Source: Octopus sinensis | Taxonomy: Eukaryota | NCBI RefSeq assembly: GCF_006345805.1 | Contig: NW_021833626.1 | Location: 1-57,084, forward strand | Length of the DNA stretch: 57,084 nt | Direction of reading: 5' to 3' | Shown here: positions 12,746 through 25,218 of the stretch, in pieces | Numbering within the stretch: position 1 is the stretch's first letter | Layout: every line of letters begins with the position of its first letter | Notes under the pieces: model-generated | Databases searched by the model: none | The model's input: only the letters and a program-made list of their open reading frames with translations | Told to the model about the DNA's origin: nothing | Made by a program: the position numbers and the translations under genes

Positions 12746-13409
12746 TGAGAGATTACTGGAGTTAGTAATGGAGCTTAAAGTTTCGAGCCAAAACACTTTT
12801 CAGCCTGAGATGAGAAAAAAAATAAAAATAGCCTCACGTATTTATTGCATTGTTATGGAAATCTATAGAAAGTTCAGAAAAATACTGTTAATGGTACGTG
12901 ACTACACTGCAGGAATAAAAAATATCTCGCTACTTTTATATGTTTTGTACGTGAAATGGAATATGTTTTGGTGTATACGCGTAGAGAGATTATTCGTACA
13001 TACACATACAAACACATGCATACAAACAAGCAGCCACAACTCCTTTCAAAAGTGCACATACTTATTTGAGTATATCTGTAATAGCATTATGTTACATATG
13101 CACTTGTCCACTCAACTGTCAATGGGTATCTCTGCGACGGACTAGCTTCCCGATCGGAGGAATATTAGCCTGCTCGCCTTAGTCAGCCGGATAGCATCAT
13201 ATGAAAGCTAAAACGATGCAAGGTGCATGGTGAACAGCGATGTATAACAACATCCGATAGTCTGTTCGATGACGTGATATTGTGACATATATACTTACGT
13301 ACAAACAAGCTTATATTTCCACCTATGTGTATATGCACACGCACACACACATGCATACATGCATGCACACACATACATACATACATACATACATACATAC
13401 ATACATACA

Positions 13410-13442
<33 letters not shown>

Positions 13443-14040
13443 GTATATATATATGTAAAGAAACACGAGTGAATGCGATACATAATAATTTGGCTGCGAG
13501 ACGTTTTGATACAGCTGTTTCGGCGTCGATGATTCGACGCTGACTTATTTGATATCAGACGTTTTAGTATTTCTTTCGTTCTTCTCCGTCTTTCTGTTTA
13601 TATGTTGTGAGCATAGCATATTTCCCTTTAATATATATGAGGAGAGGAAAAGCGTTCGTGTTATAGTAGGTATTACAGACCGAATCCCAGATACGAGGTC
13701 AGACATCACGACCGGACCACAAGCATTAAGCCAATCTCCTAGAATCTTCTTCTTGTGCCCTATAAAAGGCCACTTTTGGTGGTAATTAACTGCTGGATGT
13801 TGAGGCAGCTGAGCGTTATATGTCTCCATCCTTGCCATACCAGACGGCACGCATATATACCAGCTTGACGGCCCAGGAAGGCGGCTAAGACAAATGGCGT
13901 AGATAGATGACAGGAACCTCCGTCGCAACAAATAAAGTGCAATTGTTTCCAATTATGTTGCGCAAGACGCAGGTTGCCGTATCAATAGCTTGTCTTAAAC
14001 TCCCAGCTGTTTCTCTCTCCAAGTGTGTAATAATTGCTGG

Positions 14041-14627
14041 TGTAGCGAACTCTAGTGAACTTCCTCTCTCTATTATATATATGTACATACGAACGTAGCA
14101 AATAACGGCTAACCTTTGGGCGCTGTTTTGGACTCCCTTGTGTCTACCAGTCTGATTGGTTGGTATTCGTGCAATTTGTCTCTTACTCTATCGCGCGCCA
14201 ATATGCAACCGAACCAATCACAGCCTCCAAATAAATCACGTGAGACAGTCTTTTCCAAACAGCATTTGAGCCTACCATTAGCTATAAAAGCTCACCTCTT
14301 ACTAGTCTCAAGGTCTGTTGGTTCCAGGCCTAAGGTCTAACCACTGGCCACATTACAGTGATCTTCATCTTCGTCGCCACCACTGATGTCTCTCACCAAC
14401 GGCATAAACAACATCTACATAGCACCAACACACTGCACATCGCTGTTCGTGAGCTTCTCACCAGGGTTAACAGCAAACATATGACCCACGCAGATGCATA
14501 TTGATATAGGAACAAATGTCCATCAACCACTTCCATTCAACTTGTGTATATATACGTGTGACCACAATAAACGTATTTAATATTATCACCTTTGTTCCAT
14601 GAATTTCTTTACCTGGTTCGCTCCACA
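14041..14627 (+). mobile_element. Possible LTR (Gypsy-like) with promoter and polyadenylation motifs
   Basis: TGTAGCGAAC...GTTCGCTCCACA imperfect terminal inverted repeats; CCAAT motifs at 14155, 14198 and 14214, CACGTG at 14237, TATAAAA at 14283, AATAAA at 14566. No TSD, PBS or PPT seen. Confidence 0.4.
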
Positions 14628-14742
14628 ATAACATTACAGCCTCCTGATTGGAGCCACATTAGATGGAACAACAACTTAACCATCTAAACTGTTATTATCT
14701 GTGAAAGGCCAACACAGTTTGTCTTTATGTACGATAACAAAA

Positions 14743-15067
14743 CGAAGACGCGTGGCTTAGTGGTTAGGGACATTCGGCTCATGATCGTAAGATAGTGAGT
14801 TCGATTCCCGGCGGCGCGTTGTGTCCTTGAGCAAGACACTTTATTTCACGTTGCTCCAGTCCACTCAGCAGGCACAAATGAGTAGTACCTATATTTCAAA
14901 GGGCCAGCCTTGTCACACACTGTGTCACGCTGAATCTCCCCGAGAACTACGTCAAGGGTACACGTGTTTGTGTAGTGCTCAGCCGCTTACACGTTAATTT
15001 CACGAGCAAGCTATTCCTTTGATCGTATCAGCTGGGACCCTCGTCGTCGCAACCGACGGAGAGCTTC
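14743..15067 (+). mobile_element. OR-type CORE-like SINE with 15-bp TSD
   Basis: tgtacgataacaaaa at 14728-14742 and 15068-15082; head gcgtggcttagtgg...gagttcgattccc; CORE-like ttgtgtccttgagcaagacactt. Confidence 0.92.
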
Positions 15068-15329
15068 TGTACGATAACAAAATCGGTTAAATGCTCGTCA
15101 GTGTTGTTCAGTTGTTTCTTCACGCAGCCGAAGAAACATATTTTCATTCATCATCTCAACCAGCCACTACCACAAACCTGCCCAACAACTTTCAGGCCAC
15201 CACAATGTCAATCGTTATGTCAACTTAAAGGATTATTTTCATCTTCAGGATACCAGTTACAATAGGATTGAGGATTCATTTTATGTAAGTGTAAAAACTG
15301 TAAAACATTTTGTTTCGAATGAAGAAAAT

Positions 15330-15630
15330 GGTCATGCTGAACTTTCGCGTGACACCTCTTTTAGATCAAGTTTTTATTCGGTACGATTTAGCAGATTCTT
15401 GGTTCCATGTGAAAAATGAATACCCAGAATTACCATTAAAAGCACTGAAATATCTTATATCATTCTGAACTATATATTTAACTGAGCAGATTTTCTTACA
15501 ATAGTTTTTATAAAATCCAGATACAGAAAGAGAATGAATACGGTGAATAATCTCCGCTTACAATCAACTACCATTGCACCTGAAAACTAGAACGTCGTAC
15601 CAACAGCGTCAACTGTCCCATTAAACAAGT
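15330..15630 (+). mobile_element. hAT-Charlie/Buster transposase C-terminal fragment
   Basis: WFHVKNEYPELPLKALKYLISF*TIYLTEQIF...IKSRYRKRMN...LRLQ...QLSH*, matching the recalled hAT dimerisation-domain pattern. Confidence 0.75.
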
Positions 15631-15879
15631 AAAAACGGTTTAATACTGCATTTATTTACTAACTAGCTGAATTACCCGGTAATACCCGGAAAAGCGGGGT
15701 TATTTCCAATTCCTGTTCCCATTACACTGTTTCATGTCCTATCATGTCCCTGCTCAGTTCCCGTTTAAATTAGAAATACATTTAGAAATACACGGTGACG
15801 TGGGATAGATTTACAAATACTGGCAAGTAATACAGTTGAATCAGAAGACTGATTGATTACAATAATAATAAATAAATGT

Positions 15880-16060
15880 GCCCTTTTAAAGCCTATCCAG
15901 GCTCATGGGCCCGTTTTCCCGGTTTCTATGGCGTATGTGTTCCCCCCAGCTGGACAGGACGCCAGTCCATCGCAGCGTTACTCATTTTTGCCAGCTGAGT
16001 GGACTGCAGCAACGTGAAATGAAATGTTTTTCTCAAGAACATAACGCGTCGCCCGGTCCA
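15880..16060 (-). mobile_element. CORE-like SINE lacking its tRNA head, which is replaced by the palindrome
   Basis: Reverse complement of the body and tail of the copy at 18928-19185. Confidence 0.85.
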
Positions 16061-16440
16061 GTAAAGATTTGCTTTACCACAAACCGAACTTTAGAAATAG
16101 CAGCCAAAGAACCTTAGCTATTTCTTCTACTATAAGAAGAAACTCCCTGTCAAAACAAAATACTCGAAATAACCCACGCAGATAGAGAGGAAACACAACA
16201 AAATTCACTCGGTATTTGATTACCTGTGGACACGTTTCGGAAAAACATACCTGGACGAAACGCATCCACGGGTAATCAAATACCGAGTGAATTTCGTTGT
16301 GTTTCCTCTCTGTCTGCGTGGGTTATTTCGAGTATTTTGTTTTGACAGGGAGTTTCTTCTTATAGTAGAAGAAATAGCTGAGGTTCTTTGGCTGCTATTT
16401 CTAAAGTCCGTTTTGTGGTAAAGCAAATCTTTGCTGTACC
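16055..16440. repeat. Near-perfect palindrome, 185-bp arms with 16-bp spacer
   Basis: 16055-16239 is the reverse complement of 16256-16440 with a few substitutions; both inner ends read cgaaacgyrtccac outward. Confidence 0.95.
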
Positions 16441-16468
16441 CTAGTTATAATTATACTCGTAATTATAA

Positions 16469-16541
<73 letters not shown>

Positions 16542-17112
16542 TACATACACCTTTCAATTGAGAGATGAAACTAGGAAAAATTAGATCAGCATGTTGAATA
16601 AACAGACCTTTTAGAAAGCCCTTGGATCCGCGAGATAATTCATTTAAATATAAGTATTTCTTGGTATAAAAACATAAGTACAAACTCTCCAAACAAGGGA
16701 GTGTACTCTGTATTTCTGCAGCGTTTTACATTTGCATCGTAACATTTCATCTTTGACGTCAACCATACTTTTTCGTCGTTTGGCAAAGTATTGTTGACCG
16801 TGATAACATGCGAGAAAGCCAGAACGAAGACTGACATTAAACAGCGCCTCCGCCTGCATACACTTTGATACTGTGTATCAGCAGAAGAGCCGTGCAAATT
16901 AAATTATATCACTAATATATATATATATTAGTGATATATATATTTGTGATAAAAAAAAAAAAAAAAAATTATTTCCGAATTCTTTTCTTTTATGAGGTTT
17001 TTCACGCTAACTACCTGATAATTTCTTGTTAAGATTCCTTATTAAGAAGTTATCCTTAATTGTTAAATATATATATATATATATATATTCTTTTAATATT
17101 TTATTCTATTAT

Positions 17113-17613
<501 letters not shown>

Positions 17614-17730
17614 GATATATATATATATGATTTTTGATTTGATTTTGATTTTTCCAGTTTCAGCTTATGTGCTGTGGCCATGCTGGGGCACCGCCATATA
17701 TATATAATATTATATATATATATATGTATG

Positions 17731-17770
<40 letters not shown>

Positions 17771-18624
17771 TTTGTGTGTGTGGCGTGCGTGTGCGTGTGT
17801 GTGGTGTGTGGTGTATGTATGTATGTATGTATGTATGTATGTATGTATGTATGTATATCTATGTGTGTGTGTGAGGGAGAGAGCGAGAGAGGGTTAGGTA
17901 CAACATGAATGATAGAGAAATCTTTGAAACGAATTAAAAATAATTGCCTTTACTTTAGGCTGAAATATCCTCTTTTGCTTAAACTGCATATTCATCCCTG
18001 ACCGTCTCTATGCGTGACATGCTGTGTCCATGCATATTTTGCTACAGATCTGATCATTTTCAGATTTGATTGATTGATTGATTGATTGAATATGTGTATG
18101 CGTGCCTGTTTGAAATATGTTCATCAACGTCTGCATGTGTTAGAGCATAAATCTTACTCATTTCATTTCTAAAAGAATTCTTTTTCAATTACTTTGGGTT
18201 GTTTACGCTAAAAACGAAGATTTCAATGCAGGAAACTTCTACATTAGCCTCACGATACTCGACAATAGCCGCAGCCAGCGAGTCTTAGTATATACAACGA
18301 GTATCTTGTATGTACGTTTATCACAAAGGTTAAGGTCAGAGTTTCTCAACCATTTTTTAACCTATAGACCCACTTGATTTCAATTTTACTCTGATGGAAC
18401 CGCCTAGGCATTCGTGGTTTAAAAGACCCTACTGTGTTTTTATGATTAGCTAATATTAGGAATCGTATAAAAAATTGTAAGAAAGCCATCGTATGCATCC
18501 ATTCATCAATACATACGTACATACATACATGCATAAATGTGTGTGTATATGAGAGAGAGAGAAACAAAGTAACAGAGAGAAAAAAGAGATAGATAGATAG
18601 ATAGAGGTAGATACATAGAGATAG

Positions 18625-18671
<47 letters not shown>

Positions 18672-18927
18672 GTGTGTGTGTGTGTGTGTGCGTGTGTGTG
18701 TACGTCTTTGTTTCTGTGTTTGTCCCTCACTCATCGCTTGACAGTCGGCGTTGGTGTGTTTTCGCCCCAACATGGCCGAAGTCTAATGACTGAAACAAGT
18801 AAAGGATAACAGACAATACTTTCAATATTAGAATTCATTCATTCTGCTGTTTGATGGACATATTTGTTTAAAAACCATGTGCTTGCTAAACCACTTTGTT
18901 TAATGGTCCTCTTTCATACATTTATGC

Positions 18928-19185
18928 GGAGGCAAGTGGCTTAGTGGTTAGGGTGTGAGCATCATGATCGTAAGATTATGGTTTCGATTCCTGAACCGGG
19001 CGACGCGTTGTGTTCCTGAGCAAAACACTTTATTTCACGTTACTCCAGTCCACTCAGCTGGCAAAAATGAGTAACGCTGCGATGGACTGGCGTCCTGCCC
19101 AGCTGGGGAACACATACGCCATAGAAACCGGGAAACCGGGCCCATGAGCCTGGATAGACTTTAAAAGGGCGCATTTATTCATTTT
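18928..19185 (+). mobile_element. CORE-like SINE with alternative tail
   Basis: ggaggcaagtggcttagtgg...ggtttcgattcc...gttgtgttcctgagcaaaacactt...gaaaccgggaaaccgggcccatgagcc. Confidence 0.85.
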
Positions 19186-20264
19186 CATTTTATTTCATGC
19201 ATTTGCTTAATTTTTTTTTCTCCGGCCCTAAGACACATAAGGTCGGTTATCTGATATCTACGGGGTTTCGCCGACCGAGATCACAGGAATCCTCTGAAAG
19301 GGACGCTGACCTATAGCAGGATTCAAGGGCAGCAATTCCGAGAGGAAGGGTCAAGTCTAGACTGACCCCACCCCAGTACTGCTACTTCATTTCATTAACT
19401 CCGAAAAGCAAAGTTGATGTCGGCGGGATTTGAACTCGGGAAGTAACACAGCCGGAAGAAATGCTGCTAACGATGCTGCCAGCTTGCTGCCTTTCTCTTC
19501 AAATTTGCCGACGCATTATTAGAGTCTCCATCATGTCTGAATTCCTTCGAACATTGCATTGCAGTTGTTACCTGTGAATGCAACAGGACTTTCTCTCTCA
19601 CTTTCTCTCTCTCTCTCTCTCTCTCAATCCCTCTCTCCCCTCCGCTTTTCCCTCTCCCCTTCCCCAATTCTCCTTCTCCCTCTCTTCCCATTTCTCTCGT
19701 TCTGCCTCTCTGAAAGAGACCATTTTCTTCAGAATTTCCTTGACATAATTAGTCACTGAGTCTACAAACCTATTATATGTGTTCTTTAACACAATAATTC
19801 CAAGCCACCATTCTTCCAATCAAAGTACGAAGTAATTACTAAAGATAATTTCATTGAATTGTGATTATTTCCATCCGTACAAATTCCACAATATGCTAAT
19901 TAGTTTTCTTCGAGATTTTTAAGACAGAATTAATAGAATATGGTACATGCCAAAAATTAGCGATTGCTTCTGTTTTTCTTCGACTATAAGGGAATTTCCT
20001 TACCACTTCAGAATCACAGAAACTCTTTTCACTTAAGCCATATGAAACTATTGCGACGATATCAAACAGGGTGAAATACAAAAGTACTTCATATTCTTGA
20101 GGCTACATCTTCAGTTTTATCACAAAGTTTGACAGGGAAACGAACCATGTTTCATCAACGAACCTTTTCCGCGAACAGCTTTTTTATGTTTCTCTAGACT
20201 TACACGTATTCGCAAATCATTAATATCTTTGGAGTGACATCACAGCTGAGATTCAAACCATTAG

Positions 20265-20610
20265 TTAGTTCTCTCCGTGCCATGTGGCACATAAGGCCGC
20301 AACACGATCCCTGTAACCAGCCCTGTTTTCTGTCATTGTTCTGGTCTCATTGCAGCTTTTTCGCCGTTCTCGTTTCCTTTTCTTGTTAATGGTTATTCGC
20401 CATGAGGTTTTAGGGCTCCCTGCTGCTCTTTCCCCCACAGGCTTCCAATTTAGTTCCACCATACAATCACCTTTTTGATCTTGTCTGAGAACGTGTCCGA
20501 TCCAGTTCCAGGCTCTGCGTCTTATTTCGTCACTGATCCTGTTGGTGTCCGTTGCCATCTCAACTGCATCATTTCGGACTCTTTGCAGTCACTTGATGTC
20601 GATTATTCTT
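20265..20610 (-). mobile_element. RTE-group LINE C-terminal fragment
   Basis: ISDEIRRRAWNWIGHVLRQ...LNWKPVGERAAGSPKTSWR, matching the RTE pattern RWRWIGHVLR...W.P.G.R..GRPK.TW. Confidence 0.85.
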
Positions 20611-20965
20611 AAGCAGGTGAATTAGAAGCTGTCCTCAGATATTGCTAGTCTAGAATCACTGCCTAAAATATTTCCATAAAAAGGAAGAGTAACTAAAAAA
20701 AGGTATCAACCTCCACAAATAGGGTTTGACTTACCAACACTGGCCGACTTATTTACGGCTGAGGAGGCAACTAACTTCAGAAAAAGTGTATAAGTTTTCC
20801 TACCAAACAGATTCTAGAATCTCCGGGATTGACCGTTATTTAAAGGCGAGGCAATTCAACCTAGAGCTACCTTAGAATTTGCATGAGTCAGTCGTTTTTT
20901 CCCTTTCCTATCCACAGGTCTTATCCAGTCGTGTTAATCCACGAATATTTATCATATGCAGTGTG

Positions 20966-21712
20966 AAGGCGCGTGGCTTAGTGGTTGGGGCATCTGGCTT
21001 ACGATCGTAAGGTCGTGGGATCGATTCCCGGCGGTGCGCTATGTCCTTGAGTAAGACACGTTATTCCATGTTACTCTATTCATTCACCTGGCATAAATAA
21101 GTAGTACCTGTAATTCAGAGGACCTGCGGTGAGCTGGCTGAAACGTTAGCACACCGGGCGAAATGCTTAGCGGTATTTCGTCTGCGTTACGTTGTGAGTT
21201 CAAATTCCGCCGAGGTCGACTTTGCCTTTCATCCTTTCGGGGTCGATAAATTAAGTACCAGTTACGCACTGGGGTCGATGTAATCGACTTAATACCTATG
21301 TCTGTCCTTGTTTGTCCCCTCTGTGTTTAGCCCCTTGTGGGTAATAAAGAAATAGGTATTTCGTCTGCCGCTACGTTCTGAGTTCAAATTCCGCCGAGGT
21401 CGACTTTGCCTTTCATCCTTTCATCCTTTCGGGGTCGATAAATTAAGTACCAGTGACGCACTGGGGTCGATATAATCGACTTAATCCGTTTGTCTGTCCT
21501 TGTTTGTCCCCTCTGTGTTTAGCCCCTTGTGGGTAGTAAAGAAATATATATTGTGTGTCACCCTGAATATCCCTGAGAATTACGATAAGAGTACGCGTGG
21601 CTGTGGAGTGCTCCGCCACTCGTACGTTAATTTTCCCAATCAGGCTGTTCTGTTGATCAGGTCAAATAGAAGTCTCATCATCGTAACCGACGGAATGTCA
21701 GTTACCATATGA
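20966..21712 (+). mobile_element. CORE-like SINE interrupted by a multimeric family A SINE (21129-21548)
   Basis: Head and core at 20966-21120; tail resumes near 21550 (gtgtcaccctgaat...gtaaccgacgga). Confidence 0.8.
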
Positions 21713-22221
21713 AAGGATTCTTATTCCTTGTACCACTTACACAATATAAATTTATTGAATGTACATATATGCAGATACAGTGCGTGGTAAACAGAATATT
21801 TGGAAATTCAAACGAATTTTAGTGTTCTTATATTCAACACCTGCAAGGTAACAGTTTAACTGACTTGAGAATAGCTTGAAAATAAGCTAATACTAACAAC
21901 CAAACAACACCTTCATTACCTTAAGACAATTTGCGTTCCCGGTTTCTACACTAATCAAAAGCCCTGCGCTTTTCATACGAACCTACTCTTAAAACAAGGA
22001 AAATTACACTACAATCTCCGGTGCAATTTTACATTTGCGTGTGAAAATTTTGTCTGTGAGGTTTACGACGCTGCTTAACTGTCTGGAAAAGTTGTTATCG
22101 CAGCTAGAACTGTTGTAATAAACGACAAACACAGAACATAGGCTGAGATCAAATAGTGTCACTAGAGGCTATAGACTGAGCAGCTACTGATCATTATCGT
22201 AGCCGATGTCAACATAACGTG

Positions 22222-22245
22222 AATAATGATGATGATGATAATAAA

Positions 22246-22277
<32 letters not shown>

Positions 22278-22411
22278 TAATAATAATGATAATAATAATA
22301 ATGATAATAATAATAATGATGATGATGATGATGATAATGATGATGATGATAATGATAATAATAATAATAATAATAAAAATAATAATAATAATGATGATGA
22401 TGATGATGATG

Positions 22412-22455
<44 letters not shown>

Positions 22456-22506
22456 AATAATAATGATAATAATAATAATAATGATAATAACAATAATAAT
22501 AATATA

Positions 22507-22541
<35 letters not shown>

Positions 22542-22551
22542 AATAATAATG

Positions 22552-22582
<31 letters not shown>

Positions 22583-22631
22583 TAATAACAATAATAATAA
22601 TAATAATATAATAATAATAATAATAATAATA

Positions 22632-22672
<41 letters not shown>

Positions 22673-22725
22673 AATAAGAGCTGCGCTCGGTAGTGAAGTG
22701 AAAGCACGATATAAAAATAAAACTA

Positions 22726-22809
<84 letters not shown>

Positions 22810-22876
22810 ATGATGATGATGATAATAAGAGCTGCGCTCGGTAGTGAAGTGAAAGCACGATATAAAAATAAAACTA

Positions 22877-22945
<69 letters not shown>
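22222..22945. repeat. Compound (AAT)n/(GAT)n microsatellite containing two copies of a 54-bp unique sequence
   Basis: aagagctgcgctcggtagtgaagtgaaagcacgatataaaaataaaactactga at 22676 and 22827. Confidence 0.95.
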
Positions 22946-23495
22946 CGAAATATTATGGTGTAAAGCAAGAAAACATGGTGTTATATTTCAACATTTCATT
23001 TATAGCTTTAATAGTTTTAAATATGGCGTTGTCAATAAAAAATTAATCGTTTTTTTTTCCCAGTGTTATTTGAATTAACAGGAAAAATATTCTTATCAAA
23101 GTGTTTCATGGATTCTTTTGCTCTGTTCTTCCTCAACCTTTTTTTTTGTTTTTTGCTTATTGTTCTTGAAATTTGAATAAATTTTACTTCTTTTCAGTCA
23201 ATAGAAAAAAAAATGAGCATTTTTGTTAACGGCTTCTTCTCTCTTTTAATCAAGGTTCCAAAACTGTCAAAGCCGACCAAGACTCTTGTGCCATGCACGG
23301 TGAAGGCGCTAGAGCAGAAAAAAAATGCACAGAAATGGTTTTCACATTTTCAGGAGGGGAAATTCGACTTCACAGACACTCTGCCTTTCGGCTGACCTGA
23401 GCAGTTCAAAAAGAATCGATGAACGAGCTCATCAAAGAAGATCCGTGCCAATCCAGTAGTCAATTGGCCCAACAGATAAGATGCTTTCATGATAC

Positions 23496-23910
23496 TTATT
23501 TCTTTATTACCCACAAGGGACTAAACACAGAGAGGACAAGCAAGGACTGACAAACGAATTAAGTCGATTATATTGACCCCAGTGCGTAACTGGTACTTAT
23601 TTAATCGACACCGAAAGGATGAAAGGCAAAGTCGACCTCGGCGGAATTTGAACTCAGAACGTAACGGCAGACGAAATACCTATTTCTTTATTACCCGCAA
23701 GGGGCTAAACATAGAGGGGGCAAACAAGGACAGACATAGGTATTAAGGCGATGGCATCGACCCCAGTGCGTAACTGGTACTTAATTTATCGACCCCGAAA
23801 GGATGAAAGGTAAAGTCGACCTCGGTGGAATTTGAACTCAGAACGTAACGACAGACGAAATACCGCTAAGCATTTCGCCCGGAATGCTAACCTTTCTGCC
23901 AACTCACCGC
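23496..23910 (-). mobile_element. Multimeric SINE family A with 12-bp TSD inside the mariner ORF
   Basis: ctttcatgatac at 23484-23495 and 23911-23922. Confidence 0.9.
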
Positions 23911-24395
23911 CTTTCATGATACCGTCACCCGTAAATGTCACTCCATGGGTAAGGTCCAAAAACTCAGTGCATGCGTACCACACGCGCTGAACAAAAAGGA
24001 CAAACTTCATCGCTCCTCTATCGCCGCCAGTTTATTCGAAAGACACCAGGTTACTCGAGGAGACAGAGGTTTCTTTGCCGCATCGTCAGCAGCGATGAAA
24101 AATGGTGTCAATATCGAAAAGAGGAAAGAATAGCTGAACACACCGACAAGTATGTAACATCTCGAGTCAAGCCAGAGCTGTATACACGCAAGACAATGAT
24201 CAGCGTTTAGCGGGATTGGAAAAGGCTAACGCACAATTAAATGCTTGAAAACAACTACGTAGTCTATGCAGAACTCTATGTTCAGCAAATGCATCGACTC
24301 AAAGAGGCTTTGCAGCTGAAACAACCCGACCAACGATACGGTGTACGTTAACCCGAACATCGCTAATCTGTCAACGTTCACTCCAACGTCAATAA

Positions 24396-24795
24396 CACTG
24401 TGCAACACTCAAAAAAGTACAAGAGATCTGTGGCCATTTTTATATGCCAAATGACATGGGAAATCCATTTCTGGCCTTCTTTTTGTTGAATTAGGCATGG
24501 TTTCTACAGAATTATCACTGTATAACCTTTTTGTCATTATTATTAAATAAAATTCTCTACCGCATTGTAAAATGGGTTTCAGACCAGGGCTAGAGACCAA
24601 TCTTAGTAACACCTACAATGTGATTCAAAGCTTGTGTTTAATGCTATTTTTTATCTTTCAGATCTTATTTGTCTTCAACAATGAGTGCAAGACAGTGCAA
24701 AAATGATCCAAACAGATTCTGTTATATCTGTGGGGAACTGACTTTTGCTATTTACACGCCATATCAAGAAAATATACAAGGCGTACTTGTTGCAC
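24396..24795 (+). mobile_element. 5' end of a CMC-Chapaev3-type transposon
   Basis: Begins CACTGTGCAAC; encodes MSARQCKNDPNRFCYICGELTFA then frameshifted ITRHIKKIYKAY, the recalled Chapaev3 N-terminal Cys motif. Confidence 0.7.
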
Positions 24796-25129
24796 AGTGT
24801 AATTTGACCAAAAATGCTTTTCTAGAGCTCAATTGGGGAGGTCTACTGCGCCCACCGTGTTGTAATATAAAACCTTCAGACTGTTACCTTTTTATGGTGG
24901 CTCTCTCAAAGTCTGTAAGGTGTTTCGTTCAACAAAGACCTGGAGTCAAGACCGGGTGATTTCTACCACCAAGGCACTAACAAGCTAGTGGAACATTGGC
25001 AGAAAGTCATGAACAATGAAGGAAAATTATATTATCGACTGTTTGTTCAAATTTTGAATGAAAAATAAAGATTAAAATAAATGGGAAACGAATTAATTTA
25101 TCTCACAATCCAATATGAATGAATACGTA

Positions 25130-25130
<1 letters not shown>

Positions 25131-25214
<84 letters not shown>
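25131..25214. repeat. (CA)n microsatellite
   Basis: Direct reading. Confidence 0.95.

Positions 25215-25218
<4 letters not shown>

Larger units (their letters stand above)
22950..25113 (+). mobile_element. Decayed mariner element with nested SINE and Chapaev3 fragment
   Basis: AQKWFSHFQEGKFDF, MGKVQKLSACVPHAL (WVPHAL motif), RIVSSDEKWC (first catalytic D), ELNWGGLLRPPCCNIKPSDCYLF (YSPDLAPSD-like). The left boundary is approximate. Confidence 0.85.

Noticed and set aside
20759-20805. CTGAGGA...GAAA hammerhead-like spacing
   Set aside because: Stems I-III do not pair convincingly; at best a heavily decayed copy.
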